41,330 bases of DNA, taken from positions 21,822 through 63,151 of the forward strand of contig PS015319.1 in NCBI GenBank assembly GCA_048213135.1, written 5' to 3'. Below are positions 1 through 12,007 of this stretch, piece after piece. Every line of letters begins with the position of its first letter. Position 1 is the first letter of the stretch. The position numbers were made by a program, and so were the translations under genes. Source of the DNA: Reclinomonas americana ATCC 50394. Lineage: Eukaryota. Under the pieces are notes generated by a model. The model did no database searches, was not told where the DNA came from, and worked only from the letters and a program-made list of their open reading frames with translations.

Positions 1-3
1 AGA

Positions 4-60
<57 letters not shown>

Positions 61-149
61 CAGAGAAGAGGAGAAGGAGGGAGGGAGAGACAGAAGCACT
101 GAGAGAGAGAGAGGGTAAGAGACAGACAGACAGACAAACATAGAGAGAT

Positions 150-186
<37 letters not shown>

Positions 187-560
187 GACACACACACAGA
201 GCCGCAGGGAGGCAGAGAGACAGACAGACAGAGGCGGACAGAGGACAGGGGGGCAAGAGACACTGGAGCACTGAGAGGCAGAGCGATTGCACGCACACAC
301 ACAGTAAGGCAGAGGCAGGGAGGCAGAGAGAGAGAGAGACACAGAGCCACAGGGAGGCAGAGAGACAGACAGACAGAGGCAGCCAGACAGAGGACAGGGG
401 GGCAAGAGACACAGAAACACTGAGAGGCAGAGAGATTGGACAGATGTAGACAGACATGCAGACAGAGAGCCAAAGAGACACAGAGAGATTGAGAGACACG
501 GAGAGACAGAGCCACAGAAAGGCAGAAAACTGAGCGACAGAGAGACAGAGAGAAGACGCA
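1..560. repeat. Compound (AG)n/(AGAC)n microsatellite-rich intron of Vps34 with an internal ~150 bp duplication
   Basis: Pure (AG)n at 1-60. The unit cagagcc(g/a)cagggaggcagagagacagacagacagaggc...gaggacaggggggcaagagacac occurs at ~197 and ~342. Confidence 0.85.
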
Positions 561-614
561 AGGGTGCAGCAAGGTGACCAAAAAAGTCTCGCACGCCGCT
601 CACTCTGTCTGCAG

Positions 615-755
615 GTTCAAGAAAAGTTCCGCATGGATCTGACCGACGCCGAGGCCATTGTACACTTCCAGAACTTGATTCAGGAGAGCGTGCAGGCGCT
701 GTTTGCTCGCATTGCCGATGTGGTGCACAAGTTTGCCATGTATTGGAGGAGCTGA
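615..755 (+). CDS. VPS34: 3'-terminal exon of phosphatidylinositol 3-kinase class III (Vps34/PIK3C3); upstream exons lie outside the window
   Basis: After the acceptor ctctgtctgcag (AG at 613-614) the exon reads VQEKFRMDLTDAEAIVHFQNLIQESVQALFARIADVVHKFAMYWRS-stop. This matches the Vps34 C-terminus as I recall it (KF.LDL.DEEA......LI.ESV.ALF.......H.FAQYWR). Confidence 0.88.
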   Translation, partial: VQEKFRMDLTDAEAIVHFQNLIQESVQALFARIADVVHKFAMYWRS

Positions 756-1252
756 GGCGCGTAATGAAGTGTCCTGCGTGAACAAAAATGGAATGAGGAA
801 GGGGGAAGCTGCATTCCGTGGGTGAAGCATCTGTAGGTGCTTGCCTACGCGAGGAGCGTTGCACAGTTTCTGCGACTTTGCTTGCTTCCACACATGCTTC
901 CTTTCTCCTTCATTAACACCACTCAGCCTCTGTGCATTCTGCCTTGCGTGATTCTCGCGGCGGTCGTCACCTGCCAGCCTCCAGACAATGTTATTCCCAC
1001 GCCTCCTGCCCACTCATCCATTCGTCGATAACACACTGCAGCTGCCCATTCTGTCATTCATTGCCTCTTCAGTTCCCACTTTTCCTTTCCCTTTCACTCC
1101 CCCTTCCTCATTCCCCTTTGCTGACAATACACTGGGCTATATGTACATTCTGTTATTCATGATATTCGTGGCGGCCGTCACGCCACAAATAACACATCGA
1201 TTGTTTGCTTCCTTTTCCCCTCCTCTCTACAACACCATCTACAACACCCTCC

Positions 1253-2895
1253 TCAGCTGCCGCACATAAGGCAGCCAGCCTGACGCGTGCAAAAACTGGC
1301 ACCGCTGCCACTCGCGCCATCCTCATCCTCGCCATCCATGTCCTCGTCGTCGTCATCGCCGCCAGCCCGCCTTCGGTCAATCGGGCTGCCGCTGGCGTCA
1401 CGCTCCGCGTCCACCTCATTGACGGTGGTCACCACCACCGATGCGGGCGCCACCGAGGCCACCGCCGCCGTGGTCTGTGTCAGCACCGCCGGATCGAGAG
1501 TGAACTTGATGGCGTCGGCTGCCGGCTTGGTGCGCAGGTAGTACATGCCGGTCTTGAGGCCGGCCTTCCACGCGTAAAAGTGCATCGAGGTCAGCTTGGC
1601 CGGTGTCGGTTCGGCCATGAACACATTGAAACTGGAGAGGAGGAGGAGGAGGGTGAGATGGAGGGTGCGCGTGGAGAAAGAAGGAGGCACGATTCAAGCA
1701 CACACACCTCTGGCTCTGGTCAATAAAGGCACCGCGGTCGGCCGCCATGTCAATCATGGCGCGCTGCTTGATCTCCCACGTGGTCTTGTAGAGCTCCTTG
1801 AGGTCGGCGGGGATTTCGGCAATGTCTTGCACGCTGCCATTGTTGGCGATCAGTTTTTGAATGAGGGCGGGTGTCCACAGGCCGAGATCGCTGAGGTCGG
1901 CCACCTTGCATGGGAAAGAAGGTGAGCGCGCAGTTGAGAATAATGTTTTCAACTCTTGCAAACGCACCAAGTGGTGATTGACGACGGGGAACTCGCCGGC
2001 CAGCACGCGCCGTTGGTAAATATTGGAGGTGTACGGCTCAATGCACTCGTTGTTGCCGAGGATTTGCGAGGTGGAGGCTGTGGGCATGGGGGCCACCAGC
2101 AGGCTGTTGCGCACACCGTGCTGGGCAATGCGTGCTCGCAGCGCGCACCAGTCCCATCGGTCGCTCGGTACCGCGTCCCACATGTCGAACTGGAGGATGC
2201 CCTTGCTGACGGGTGAGCCCGGGTACGTCTCGTAGACGCCGTCCTGTGTGCTCTTCAAGGTGAGTCACCAGAAAGAAATAATCGCCCCTTGGTGTGATAA
2301 GAAGGACTCACCCTCTCGGCCAGATCGCACGACGTCGACAGCGACGCAAAGTAAATGGTCTCGAAAATATCGCGGTTGACCTGGCGGGCGGCGGGCGAGT
2401 CGAACGGCATGCGCATCTTGATAAAGACGTCGGCAAGGCCCTGCACTCCGATGCCGATGGGGCGGTGGCGGAGGTTGGAGCGGCGGGCTTCGGGGACGGG
2501 GTAGTAGTTGATGTCGATGATTTTGTTGAGGTTGCGGGTGACCACTTGGGTGATCTGAAAAAAGGGGAAGGGTGGTGAGGACGGAAGGGGAGGGGAAGGG
2601 GAAGGGGGAGAAGGAGAAGGGAAGGAGAGAGGAGAACAGAGAAAGGAAGGTGGGCAAAGGGGGAACAGACGAATTAGTGACTCTTGCTGATTGAATGTTT
2701 TCGACGGGGGTTAGCCGATACGCGTGCACGCTTTTCTTTCTTTCTAGCAAAGTATTGGAGACGGTGTGGTGGTATACTGAGTCCCTCTTGCTGCTTGCAT
2801 GTCTTTTCCTCTCAAGGAAGAAGGGAACTAGATGAAGAAAGAGGGAGAGAAAGACAGGTAGAAATCGAGAGCGGGGATGGACAGAAAGAGATGGA

Positions 2896-2931
<36 letters not shown>

Positions 2932-4389
2932 CAGACACACAGACAGACAGACATACAGACAGACATTACAAGCAGACATCAAGGGAAGGAGAGAGAGAGA
3001 AAGACAGACAGACTGCATCTCTTCTTTTCCTAAGCCTTCTCCTGACAGAGAAGCATGCAGATGCAAGCGAACCCATCACAACACGCAACTTCAAACAACA
3101 GCTGATGGTCAAACTGGCCATCGACGGTGACGAATCGCGGCAGTGCAATGGACGCCAGGTTGCACACGGCAACTTCGTCGGCTGACGAGTACTCCATGAT
3201 CTCGGTGCACAGATTGGAGGAGCGAATGGTGCCGAGGTTCTGCTGGTTGGACTTGCGGTTGCAGGAGTCCTGCGAGGTGGGGAAAGGAGGTTGGGTAAGG
3301 GAATGCACAACACAGGAAGGAATATTCTTGCGCTCAAAGTCTCCTGTTCCTCTTCAATTGCGCACACCGCTTTGCCCTTCAAAGATCCTCTTCATTTCTC
3401 GCTCTATTGCACTCTTTCTATTACCGTCAACCACTCTTTCATCACTCGTGCAAGTGCTTTTCTCTCGCGTCCCACCTCAACACAATCTATCGTTTCAGTT
3501 TTCTCTCACCCTTTTCTCTCAGTCTCTCTCTCTCTCTCGCTCTCTCTCTCTCTCTTCTCCCTCCCTCTCTCTTCTCCTCTCTCACACGCACCTTGTACAA
3601 CATGTACGGCGTGCCAGTCTCCACCTGCGACTCGAGAATGGCAAACCACAACTCTTGCGCCTTGACGGTGCGCATGGCTCGCCCCTCCTCCTCGTAGCGG
3701 TGATACAGGTCCTCGAATTCCTGCAGAGAGGGCAGTGAACAACCAAGCAGAAAAAAATAACGTTCACAAGCAACGCACCTTGCCCCACACGTCGTAGAGG
3801 CCTGGCGCCTCGTTCGGGCAGAACAGCGACCAGGTGCCGTTCGACTCCACGCGCTTCATGAACAGGTCCGGGATCCACAGGGCGTAGAAGAGGTCGCGAG
3901 CGCGGTTCTCCTCCTTGCCCGTGTTCTTCTTCAGTTGCAGGAACTCGAAAATGTCGGCGTGCCACGGTTCGAGGTAGATGGCGAAGGCCCCCTTGCGCTT
4001 GCCACCGCCTGGAGAGGGAAAGGGGGGGTGAGCAAATAAAGGAAGGGCGATAATGGAAAGGGCAGTGAGGGAGGGAGGGAGGGAGGGAGGGAGGGAGGGA
4101 GGGAGGGAGAGGGAGAGGAGGAGAGGGTGAGGAGGAGAGGGTGAGGAGGAGAGGGAGAGGAGGAGGGGGAGAGGGAGAGAGAGAGTGAGGGAGGGAGAGA
4201 GGAAGAGAAAGAGGAAGTGAAAAAAGGAGTGAGAGAAATAATAATTCAAACGAAGGAAGAAGCGGAGAAAGAGAGCATAAATGAAAGAAAGAAGAAAAGA
4301 AAGAGTGAACGATGAAAGGAAGAAAGGAAGAGGGAAAGAAAGAGTGAATGATGAAAGGAAGACAGGAAGAAGGAAACAAGGTAAGCAAG

Positions 4390-4444
<55 letters not shown>

Positions 4445-7400
4445 AGAGAGAGAGAAAGAGAACATGAGTGAAGGAAAGTAACTGAGAAAGAAGGAAAAGA
4501 AACAGAGAAAGGGCGAGCGAGAGTGAGAGCAACGCCCCGACGAAAAGAGAGAGAGAGAGTGAGCAGGAGGAATGAAGAGGAAGCAACAGTGCAGCACACG
4601 ATATTCCAAGAGAGAAAACAAGAATGGAAAACGTGAGCGAGAAAAGGAGAAACATGAAAGTGGAGGAGAAACCAAGAAGCGAATGAGTGAGAAGCGAGAA
4701 AGAGAGAATGAACGCAGAACCCGGAGTCAGATAATGGCGGAGTTTTGAGGGAGAAGAGAGCGAGTTACGAAACACAAATCAGTGGCGGATTGAGCACAGC
4801 GAAGGCGACTGGGTAAGAGCGGAGAGGCATCGATGGCCAAGATGGAGGAAAAACAGAAAGATAGCGAGAGAAAAGAAGCATTGACAGAGACGAAAGACGA
4901 CCACAAATGAGGCACACACTTGACAGCTGGTCTCGCCCTTTCCACCCTTCCCCTTCCCCCTCACATCTCACCTTGATCGACATACCGCGCCGTGTCATTG
5001 AACACACGCAGCATGGGCACGAGACCATTGGAGCTGCCGTTGGTGCCGGCAATGTACGAGCCAGCCGCGCGAATGTTGTGCACACTGAGGCCGATGCCGC
5101 CGGCACTCTTGGAGATTTGTGCGCATCGCTTGAGGGTGTCGTAGATGCCGTCGATGCTGTCGTCGGTCATTGACACGAGGAAGCAAGAGGAGAGTTGAGG
5201 GTGCGGTGTGCCAGAGTTGAACTGGGAGGGGGCGAGGACAGAGGATGAGTGAGAGGGAAGGGAGGAGGGAGCGAAGTAACAAGACGCAACGAGCGTGGGC
5301 GAGGCGTGCGTAAAGTACTTGCTCGACATCAAGTCGTACGTCTCCAGTGCCGCATCGAGGTCGGGCATGTGGATGCCGAGGGCCACGCGCATGAACAGGT
5401 GCTGCGGGCGCTCGGCGACCTTGTTGTGCACTCGCAGGAGGTACGAGCTGGGAGAAGAGTGAGACGCGGCATAAAAAAGCGGACACTTGTGCGTCACTTT
5501 CGGCTCACCGCTCCAGGGTCTTGAAGCCAAAGTAGTCGAACTGGAAGTCGCGGGTGTGGTCAACGGCGGCGTCAATCACCTCGCGGTGCTTCTCGACCAT
5601 GCGCATGAGGTCCTCGGAGACGAGAGGGGCGGGAGTGCCATTGCGCGGGTTGTGGTAGGCGGCGAACTGGCGAATGACGGTGGAGAAGACGGGCTCGGTT
5701 TGTGCGTGAAGGGCGGCGACGGCGAGGCGGCCGGCGAGTTGCGAGTAGTCGGGGTGGCGGCAGGCGAGGTATGCGGCGGTTTCGCAGAGGAGTTGCTGCG
5801 CAGAGGGGGAAAGGGGGATGAGAGGGGGGGAAGGAGGAGGAGAAGGGAGAAGGAGGGAGAAGGGGAGAGGGGGGAAGGGGAGAGAAGGGGGGAGAGGGAG
5901 ATGGGGAAAGGAGGGGAGGCAAGAAGACAAAGAGTGAAGGGAAGAAGGGAGGAAGCAAAATGGGAAATCGGATAGGACACGAGAAGAGGAGAGCAGGAGG
6001 GCACAATGTAGTGTGGCATGAAAAGGACGCCAGATTGAAGTGGGTGAGAGTCAAAGAAATACAGACAGCAAGGAGAACGAAGAAGACAGCAAATGCGGAA
6101 GAGCTGGGGGAAGTGCGAGCCAAGTGGACACGAGGAGTGGAGAGGTGACGTATTTTGCACAAAGGGCAAAGTGGCAAGACCGCAGAGAGGGAACATCAAG
6201 AAGACGAAAGGAATACAGAAAGCAAGAGAGGAGGACAAGTAAAAGTATGAAGACTTGCAGGAAAGGGTGAAATTGAAGTAAAAAAGCAAAGTACGAAAGG
6301 AGAGTGCAATGAGGGAGGCAGGAGCGAAGAACATCTGAAGCGAGAGAAGTAAACAGGCAGGTGCAATTCGAGGAACACTGAAAGTGAAGCACAAAAGGAG
6401 TAAAAGGAGGCGTGCAAAGTACGCAGCAGGACTGCAGCGAGAAGCAAACAGGCAGGTGCAATTCGAGGCAAGCCATGGTCAAGCAAAGAGTTCACAAAGA
6501 GTGAGCAGCAGGACTGCAGCGAGAAGTAAACAGGTACGTAGAATTCGAGGCAAGCCATGAAAGTGAAGCAAAGAGTGCACAAAGAATGAGCCACGCGTAT
6601 GCAGCAGGACTGCAGCGAGAAGCAAACAGGCAGGAGGAATTCGAGGAACACTGAAATGAAACACAAAAGAGTAAAAGGAGGCGTGGTAAGTACGCAGCAG
6701 GACTGCAGCGAGAAGTAAAGAGGCAGGTGCAATTTGAGGCAAACATGAAAGTGAAGCAAAGAGTGCAGTGAGCAACAAGTGTGCAGCAGGACTGCAGCGA
6801 GAAGTAAACAGGCACGTGGACTTCGAGGCAAACCATGAATGTGCACTTCGGAGTTGTGAAGTGTGGAAAGAAGAAGAAGAGCCAGACAGGCAAGAAAAGT
6901 GACAACTGAAAGTGTCCGACTGCATGAAAAAAGCTCCAACTGATGCGCAGCACCGCACAACAGAATGAAGGAGAATCCACACATAGGCAACACACACAGA
7001 CAACATCTCCCACACACACAACGAGATGCACACACATACACATACACAACGCAGGTAAAACCAAAAAGGGCCCTCCGAACAGACAAGACCCACTTGCTCT
7101 CTTTTGTGTCACATGAGAGAGCACACAACACACGCGAAACGACACTCAATCGCCCCAACTGCAACAGATGATGATGATGATGATGGAAACAAAAAAAAGC
7201 GCGCGGAAATCGGGGCGAGGGGGTTTGCCGCGGCGATCACACACAACGCACAACACACGCGCAACACACTCAACTTCCAAGTCTCCCGCCGTCATGCCCG
7301 CATGCGCGCCTGCCAGTGCCTTATCGACGACCAGCGCCGGATCGACAAAGCGCACGTCGAGGCCGGTGGTGAGCGCCGTCACGCGCTGCAGCAGTGACTC

Positions 7401-7529
7401 GCGATCGACAATGACAGTCGTTGAGGAGGAGGTGGGCGCAGCAGTGGTGGTCTTCTCCACAGCGATGCTCACGGCCTTGTCAATGACGCCAGTGGGCATG
7501 TCGGAGGCGCCAAAGAGAGTCGAGGCCAT
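1253..7529 (-). CDS. RRM1: Ribonucleoside-diphosphate reductase large subunit (class Ia alpha), 11 exons, ~860 aa
   Basis: Exons (minus): 7529-7275, 5795-5509, 5447-5291, 5221-4972, 4008-3779, 3720-3592, 3269-3090, 2554-2312, 2243-1968, 1904-1708, 1631-1253. All introns are GT-AG and the exons total 2583 nt in frame. Motifs: [72 protein letters not shown] (thiyl Cys), [28 protein letters not shown]-terminal CLMCGS. Confidence 0.97.
6340..6846. repeat. Minisatellite (~82-96 bp period, ~5.5 copies) inside RRM1 intron 1
   Basis: The core GCAGCAGGACTGCAGCGAGAAG(T/C)AAACAGGCAGGTGCAATTCGAGG starts at about 6423, 6505, 6601, 6694 and 6783, with a partial copy at ~6340. The linkers between cores are related to one another. 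Confidence 0.9.
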
Positions 7530-7618
7530 CTTGGCGTCAAAGAGAGAGAGTGGGCGACGACGAGACGAGATGAGATGATGAGACGACAGAGAGTGTGTAG
7601 AGTGGGTTTGCTGTGCGG

Positions 7619-7780
7619 TTGGCGCGCAAGTTGAGTGTGAAAAGTGACGGTTGCGTTCCGCGGGGTCGGTGATTGAGCGCGGAGGGTTTGTCATGGACAA
7701 AAGCACGCTTGTTCGCGCGGGAAACCACTAGTTGCCCTGATTGGTGCATGGAGGAGGAATACGAGGCGTTGGCGCGGGTG
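7619..7780 (-). promoter_or_regulatory. Putative S-phase promoter of RRM1: E2F-like sites plus CCAAT box
   Basis: The minus strand has TTTCCCGCGCGAA at 7724-7712, which fits the E2F consensus TTTSSCGC with an overlapping inverted half-site. Further E2F-like motifs are TTGGCGCGCAA (~7619-7629) and TTGGCGCGGG (~7769-7778), and ACCAATCAG (minus) lies at ~7737-7745. All are 90-250 nt upstream of the ATG. RNR genes are established E2F targets in animals and plants. Confidence 0.5.
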
Positions 7781-7919
7781 CTGGTGGGTCTGTTGCGGGA
7801 GGAGGAGGAGGAGGCGGGTGGGGAGGAAGGGTGGTGAGTGTGGAGAGAGAGAAGGGAAGGAAAGGGGGGGGGGATGTTTTGCATTCAAGTGATTTTCCAG
7901 AGGGCGCCAGATGCAACTG

Positions 7920-7958
<39 letters not shown>

Positions 7959-8069
7959 GGAGGGAGGGAGGGAGGAGAGGTGTGGTAGTAGAGGTAGGAG
8001 GTAGGTACGACCGACGACGTAGTTACTTCGTTCGTTACTTACTTCTTCGTCGTACGACGTACGTACGAC

Positions 8070-8830
8070 NNNNNNNNNNNNNNNNNNNNNNNNNNNNNNN
8101 NNNNNNNNNNNNNNNNNNNNNNNNNNNNNNNNNNNNNNNNNNNNNNNNNNNNNNNNNNNNNNNNNNNNNNNNNNNNNNNNNNNNNNNNNNNNNNNNNNNN
8201 NNNNNNNNNNNNNNNNNNNNNNNNNNNNNNNNNNNNNNNNNNNNNNNNNNNNNNNNNNNNNNNNNNNNNNNNNNNNNNNNNNNNNNNNNNNNNNNNNNNN
8301 NNNNNNNNNNNNNNNNNNNNNNNNNNNNNNNNNNNNNNNNNNNNNNNNNNNNNNNNNNNNNNNNNNNNNNNNNNNNNNNNNNNNNNNNNNNNNNNNNNNN
8401 NNNNNNNNNNNNNNNNNNNNNNNNNNNNNNNNNNNNNNNNNNNNNNNNNNNNNNNNNNNNNNNNNNNNNNNNNNNNNNNNNNNNNNNNNNNNNNNNNNNN
8501 NNNNNNNNNNNNNNNNNNNNNNNNNNNNNNNNNNNNNNNNNNNNNNNNNNNNNNNNNNNNNNNNNNNNNNNNNNNNNNNNNNNNNNNNNNNNNNNNNNNN
8601 NNNNNNNNNNNNNNNNNNNNNNNNNNNNNNNNNNNNNNNNNNNNNNNNNNNNNNNNNNNNNNNNNNNNNNNNNNNNNNNNNNNNNNNNNNNNNNNNNNNN
8701 NNNNNNNNNNNNNNNNNNNNNNNNNNNNNNNNNNNNNNNNNNNNNNNNNNNNNNNNNNNNNNNNNNNNNNNNNNNNNNNNNNNNNNNNNNNNNNNNNNNN
8801 NNNNNNNNNNNNNNNNNNNNNNNNNNNNNN
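8070..8830. other. Assembly gap (one of ten; others at ~9494-10454, 11084-11386, 13980-14873, 28571-29069, 31466-32119, 33236-33352, 35062-35081, 36657-36834, 39162-40038)
   Basis: Runs of N, nearly all flanked by polypurine/polypyrimidine simple repeats or low-quality TACG-type read ends. Confidence 0.99.
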
Positions 8831-10517
8831 AGTACGTTGGGTAGTTCTATGTAACAATAATCTACGGCGTTGTTGTTGTCAGCGCTCGGTCGTGCTGTAC
8901 CGTACATACCGCCTTCGGTCCGGTACAGCAGGGGGAGGAGAGTGTGTGTGAGAGAGTAGGGATCCGACGCATTATCTTGTCTATTCTCTCTCTCTCTCTC
9001 TCTCACGGAGCTCGCACGGTTTCGCTCTTTATCGTCGCCTTTGCATTCTGCATATCAGTGTCAACTCTGCTCACTCTACTTCGTCACTCTCTCTCCGTTC
9101 TCCTCTCTCTCTCTCTCTCTCTCACGGAGCTCGCACGATTACTCGCTCTTTGTTGTATCCATATCGACGCCTTTGCATGTACTTCGTCACTCTCTCTGTT
9201 CTCGTCTCGTCTCGTCTCTCTCTCTCTCTCTTTGCTCTCTCTGTGTCCGTCTGACTTGACTCTCTCCTCGCATCCCTCAGGTGGCTCTGTTTCTCCGTCT
9301 TCTTCTTTTCTGCTTCTGCGTCTCTCTTTCTCATTCACTGTCACTTCCTCTTCTTCACCTCCTTCTCCTGCTTCGTCCACTCCGCCTTCTTCTCCTTCTC
9401 TTTCTCATTCACTCTCTTTCTCTATCTCTCTCTCTCTCAGTCTCTCTCTCAGTCTCTCTCTCAGTCTCTCTCTCATTCTCTTCCTCCTCCTCCNNNNNNN
9501 NNNNNNNNNNNNNNNNNNNNNNNNNNNNNNNNNNNNNNNNNNNNNNNNNNNNNNNNNNNNNNNNNNNNNNNNNNNNNNNNNNNNNNNNNNNNNNNNNNNN
9601 NNNNNNNNNNNNNNNNNNNNNNNNNNNNNNNNNNNNNNNNNNNNNNNNNNNNNNNNNNNNNNNNNNNNNNNNNNNNNNNNNNNNNNNNNNNNNNNNNNNN
9701 NNNNNNNNNNNNNNNNNNNNNNNNNNNNNNNNNNNNNNNNNNNNNNNNNNNNNNNNNNNNNNNNNNNNNNNNNNNNNNNNNNNNNNNNNNNNNNNNNNNN
9801 NNNNNNNNNNNNNNNNNNNNNNNNNNNNNNNNNNNNNNNNNNNNNNNNNNNNNNNNNNNNNNNNNNNNNNNNNNNNNNNNNNNNNNNNNNNNNNNNNNNN
9901 NNNNNNNNNNNNNNNNNNNNNNNNNNNNNNNNNNNNNNNNNNNNNNNNNNNNNNNNNNNNNNNNNNNNNNNNNNNNNNNNNNNNNNNNNNNNNNNNNNNN
10001 NNNNNNNNNNNNNNNNNNNNNNNNNNNNNNNNNNNNNNNNNNNNNNNNNNNNNNNNNNNNNNNNNNNNNNNNNNNNNNNNNNNNNNNNNNNNNNNNNNNN
10101 NNNNNNNNNNNNNNNNNNNNNNNNNNNNNNNNNNNNNNNNNNNNNNNNNNNNNNNNNNNNNNNNNNNNNNNNNNNNNNNNNNNNNNNNNNNNNNNNNNNN
10201 NNNNNNNNNNNNNNNNNNNNNNNNNNNNNNNNNNNNNNNNNNNNNNNNNNNNNNNNNNNNNNNNNNNNNNNNNNNNNNNNNNNNNNNNNNNNNNNNNNNN
10301 NNNNNNNNNNNNNNNNNNNNNNNNNNNNNNNNNNNNNNNNNNNNNNNNNNNNNNNNNNNNNNNNNNNNNNNNNNNNNNNNNNNNNNNNNNNNNNNNNNNN
10401 NNNNNNNNNNNNNNNNNNNNNNNNNNNNNNNNNNNNNNNNNNNNNNNNNNNNNNTTCCCCTCCTCTCCCTCCCTCTCCCCTCCTCACCCCCCTGCCTCTC
10501 TCTCCCGCCCCCCTCAG

Positions 10518-11482
10518 CTCCCGACTAATGGTCGGCATTGCGGGCGCTCCGGGCTCCGGCAAGACCACCTCGGCTGGCGAGTTGTGCCGCCGTGTCAATG
10601 CCGCCGTCGGTGCAGAGGTGGCGGTGGTGGTGCCAATGGATGGCTTTCACTACACTAAGGTGTGAGTGAGTGCGTTCTGCGCTGCTAACAAGTGACTCAT
10701 CGTGCACTGCAGGCCGAGTTGCTTGCCATGAGCGATCCAGTGGAGGCGTTTCGGAGGAGAGGGGCGGAGTGGACCTTTGATGCGCCTGGTGCGTTGGGAG
10801 GCAAGGGAGTATGCCCGCAGTGTTTCATGTCTCTTACTGGTACTCTGCAGCCTTTCTCCGCTGTTTGCAGCGAATCGTCGACACTGGCGAAGCCGAGGTT
10901 CCATCGTTTGACCACAAAATTGGCGATCCCGCTCCTGGTGACATTCATGTACAGCCAAGGTTTGTTTTCTCTCTCTCTCTCTCTCTTTTTTCTCTCTCTC
11001 TCTCTCTCTCTCTCTACTTACTTACTTACTACTTACTACGTTACGTTACTTACGTTACGTTAACGTTACGTTACGTTAACGTANNNNNNNNNNNNNNNNN
11101 NNNNNNNNNNNNNNNNNNNNNNNNNNNNNNNNNNNNNNNNNNNNNNNNNNNNNNNNNNNNNNNNNNNNNNNNNNNNNNNNNNNNNNNNNNNNNNNNNNNN
11201 NNNNNNNNNNNNNNNNNNNNNNNNNNNNNNNNNNNNNNNNNNNNNNNNNNNNNNNNNNNNNNNNNNNNNNNNNNNNNNNNNNNNNNNNNNNNNNNNNNNN
11301 NNNNNNNNNNNNNNNNNNNNNNNNNNNNNNNNNNNNNNNNNNNNNNNNNNNNNNNNNNNNNNNNNNNNNNNNNNNNNNNNNNNNNNTACGTACGTACGTA
11401 CGTACGTACGTACGTACGTACGTACGTACGTACGTACGTACGTCGTACGTACGTCGTACTACGTTACGTTACTACGTACTCG

Positions 11483-11561
<79 letters not shown>

Positions 11562-12007
11562 TTCTCACGCTTATGCAATGTCTCATTCCCTTAAAACATC
11601 GCCGCTCTCTCTGCTTTCTTTGCCCCTTGTCTCATCCTTTTCCTAACACCGACGCACAGTCACCGCCTCATCCTGGTGGAGGGCAACTACCTGTTCCTCG
11701 ACCAACCGGTGTGGCGCGACATTGCCAGCCTATTCCGCGTGCGCGTGTTTGTCGAGTGCGACGTGGAGGAGGCCATGGAGCGTGTGTATCGGAGACATTT
11801 GGGAACTGGTGAGAGTGGATTGGATATGTCCAGCGTTGAAGCGATGCTGATAACCGTGTGCGTGTGTGTGTGCGCGCAGGGCTGAGTGCGGAACAAGCGA
11901 GAGAGCGGATCGACTATAACGATAGATCAAATGCGCTGCTCATTGGCACGAGTGCGACGCAGGCGACGCACGTGCTTAGGAGTCGCGAGGATGAGAGGTG
12001 GAAGTGA
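10518..12007 (+). CDS. P-loop kinase of the uridine kinase/phosphoribulokinase/pantothenate kinase superfamily (yeast YFH7-like); 5' exon(s) probably in the gap
   Basis: Exons 10518-10659, 10713-10788, 10851-10959, 11660-11808 and 11880-12007 splice in frame with GT-AG boundaries. Motifs: VGIAGAPGSGKTT (Walker A), VPMDGFH, RRRGAEWTFD, PSFDHKIGDP, LVEGNYL, RIDYNDRSNA. Stop TGA at 12005-12007. Confidence 0.88.

Noticed and set aside
3582-4775. Long Leu/Ser/Phe/Pro-rich or Glu/Arg-rich ORFs (also 5576-7164, 8944-9493, 33897-34860, 37733-38344, and ORFs running through Ns)
   Set aside because: These are translations of CT/AG microsatellite introns or of N-runs, which lack stop codons by composition.
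5284-5291. Reading the GTTGCGT donors as non-canonical G|TTGCGT (TT) splice sites
   Set aside because: Cutting one base later would need a non-AG acceptor and would change the conserved ASPTLFN to ASPTLVN. The GT cut is the one consistent with RNR conservation.
6340-6846. CRISPR-like look of conserved core plus variable spacer
   Set aside because: The spacers are homologous to each other, the cores vary, there are no cas genes, and the array sits in a spliceosomal intron.
11020-11480. (TACG)n / TTACG tandem repeats flanking a gap (similar at ~8005-8069, ~8831-8925, ~35005-35061)
   Set aside because: They occur only at contig ends and follow the T-A-C-G flow order of pyrosequencing. They are most likely low-quality read-end artefacts, not telomeric or satellite DNA.
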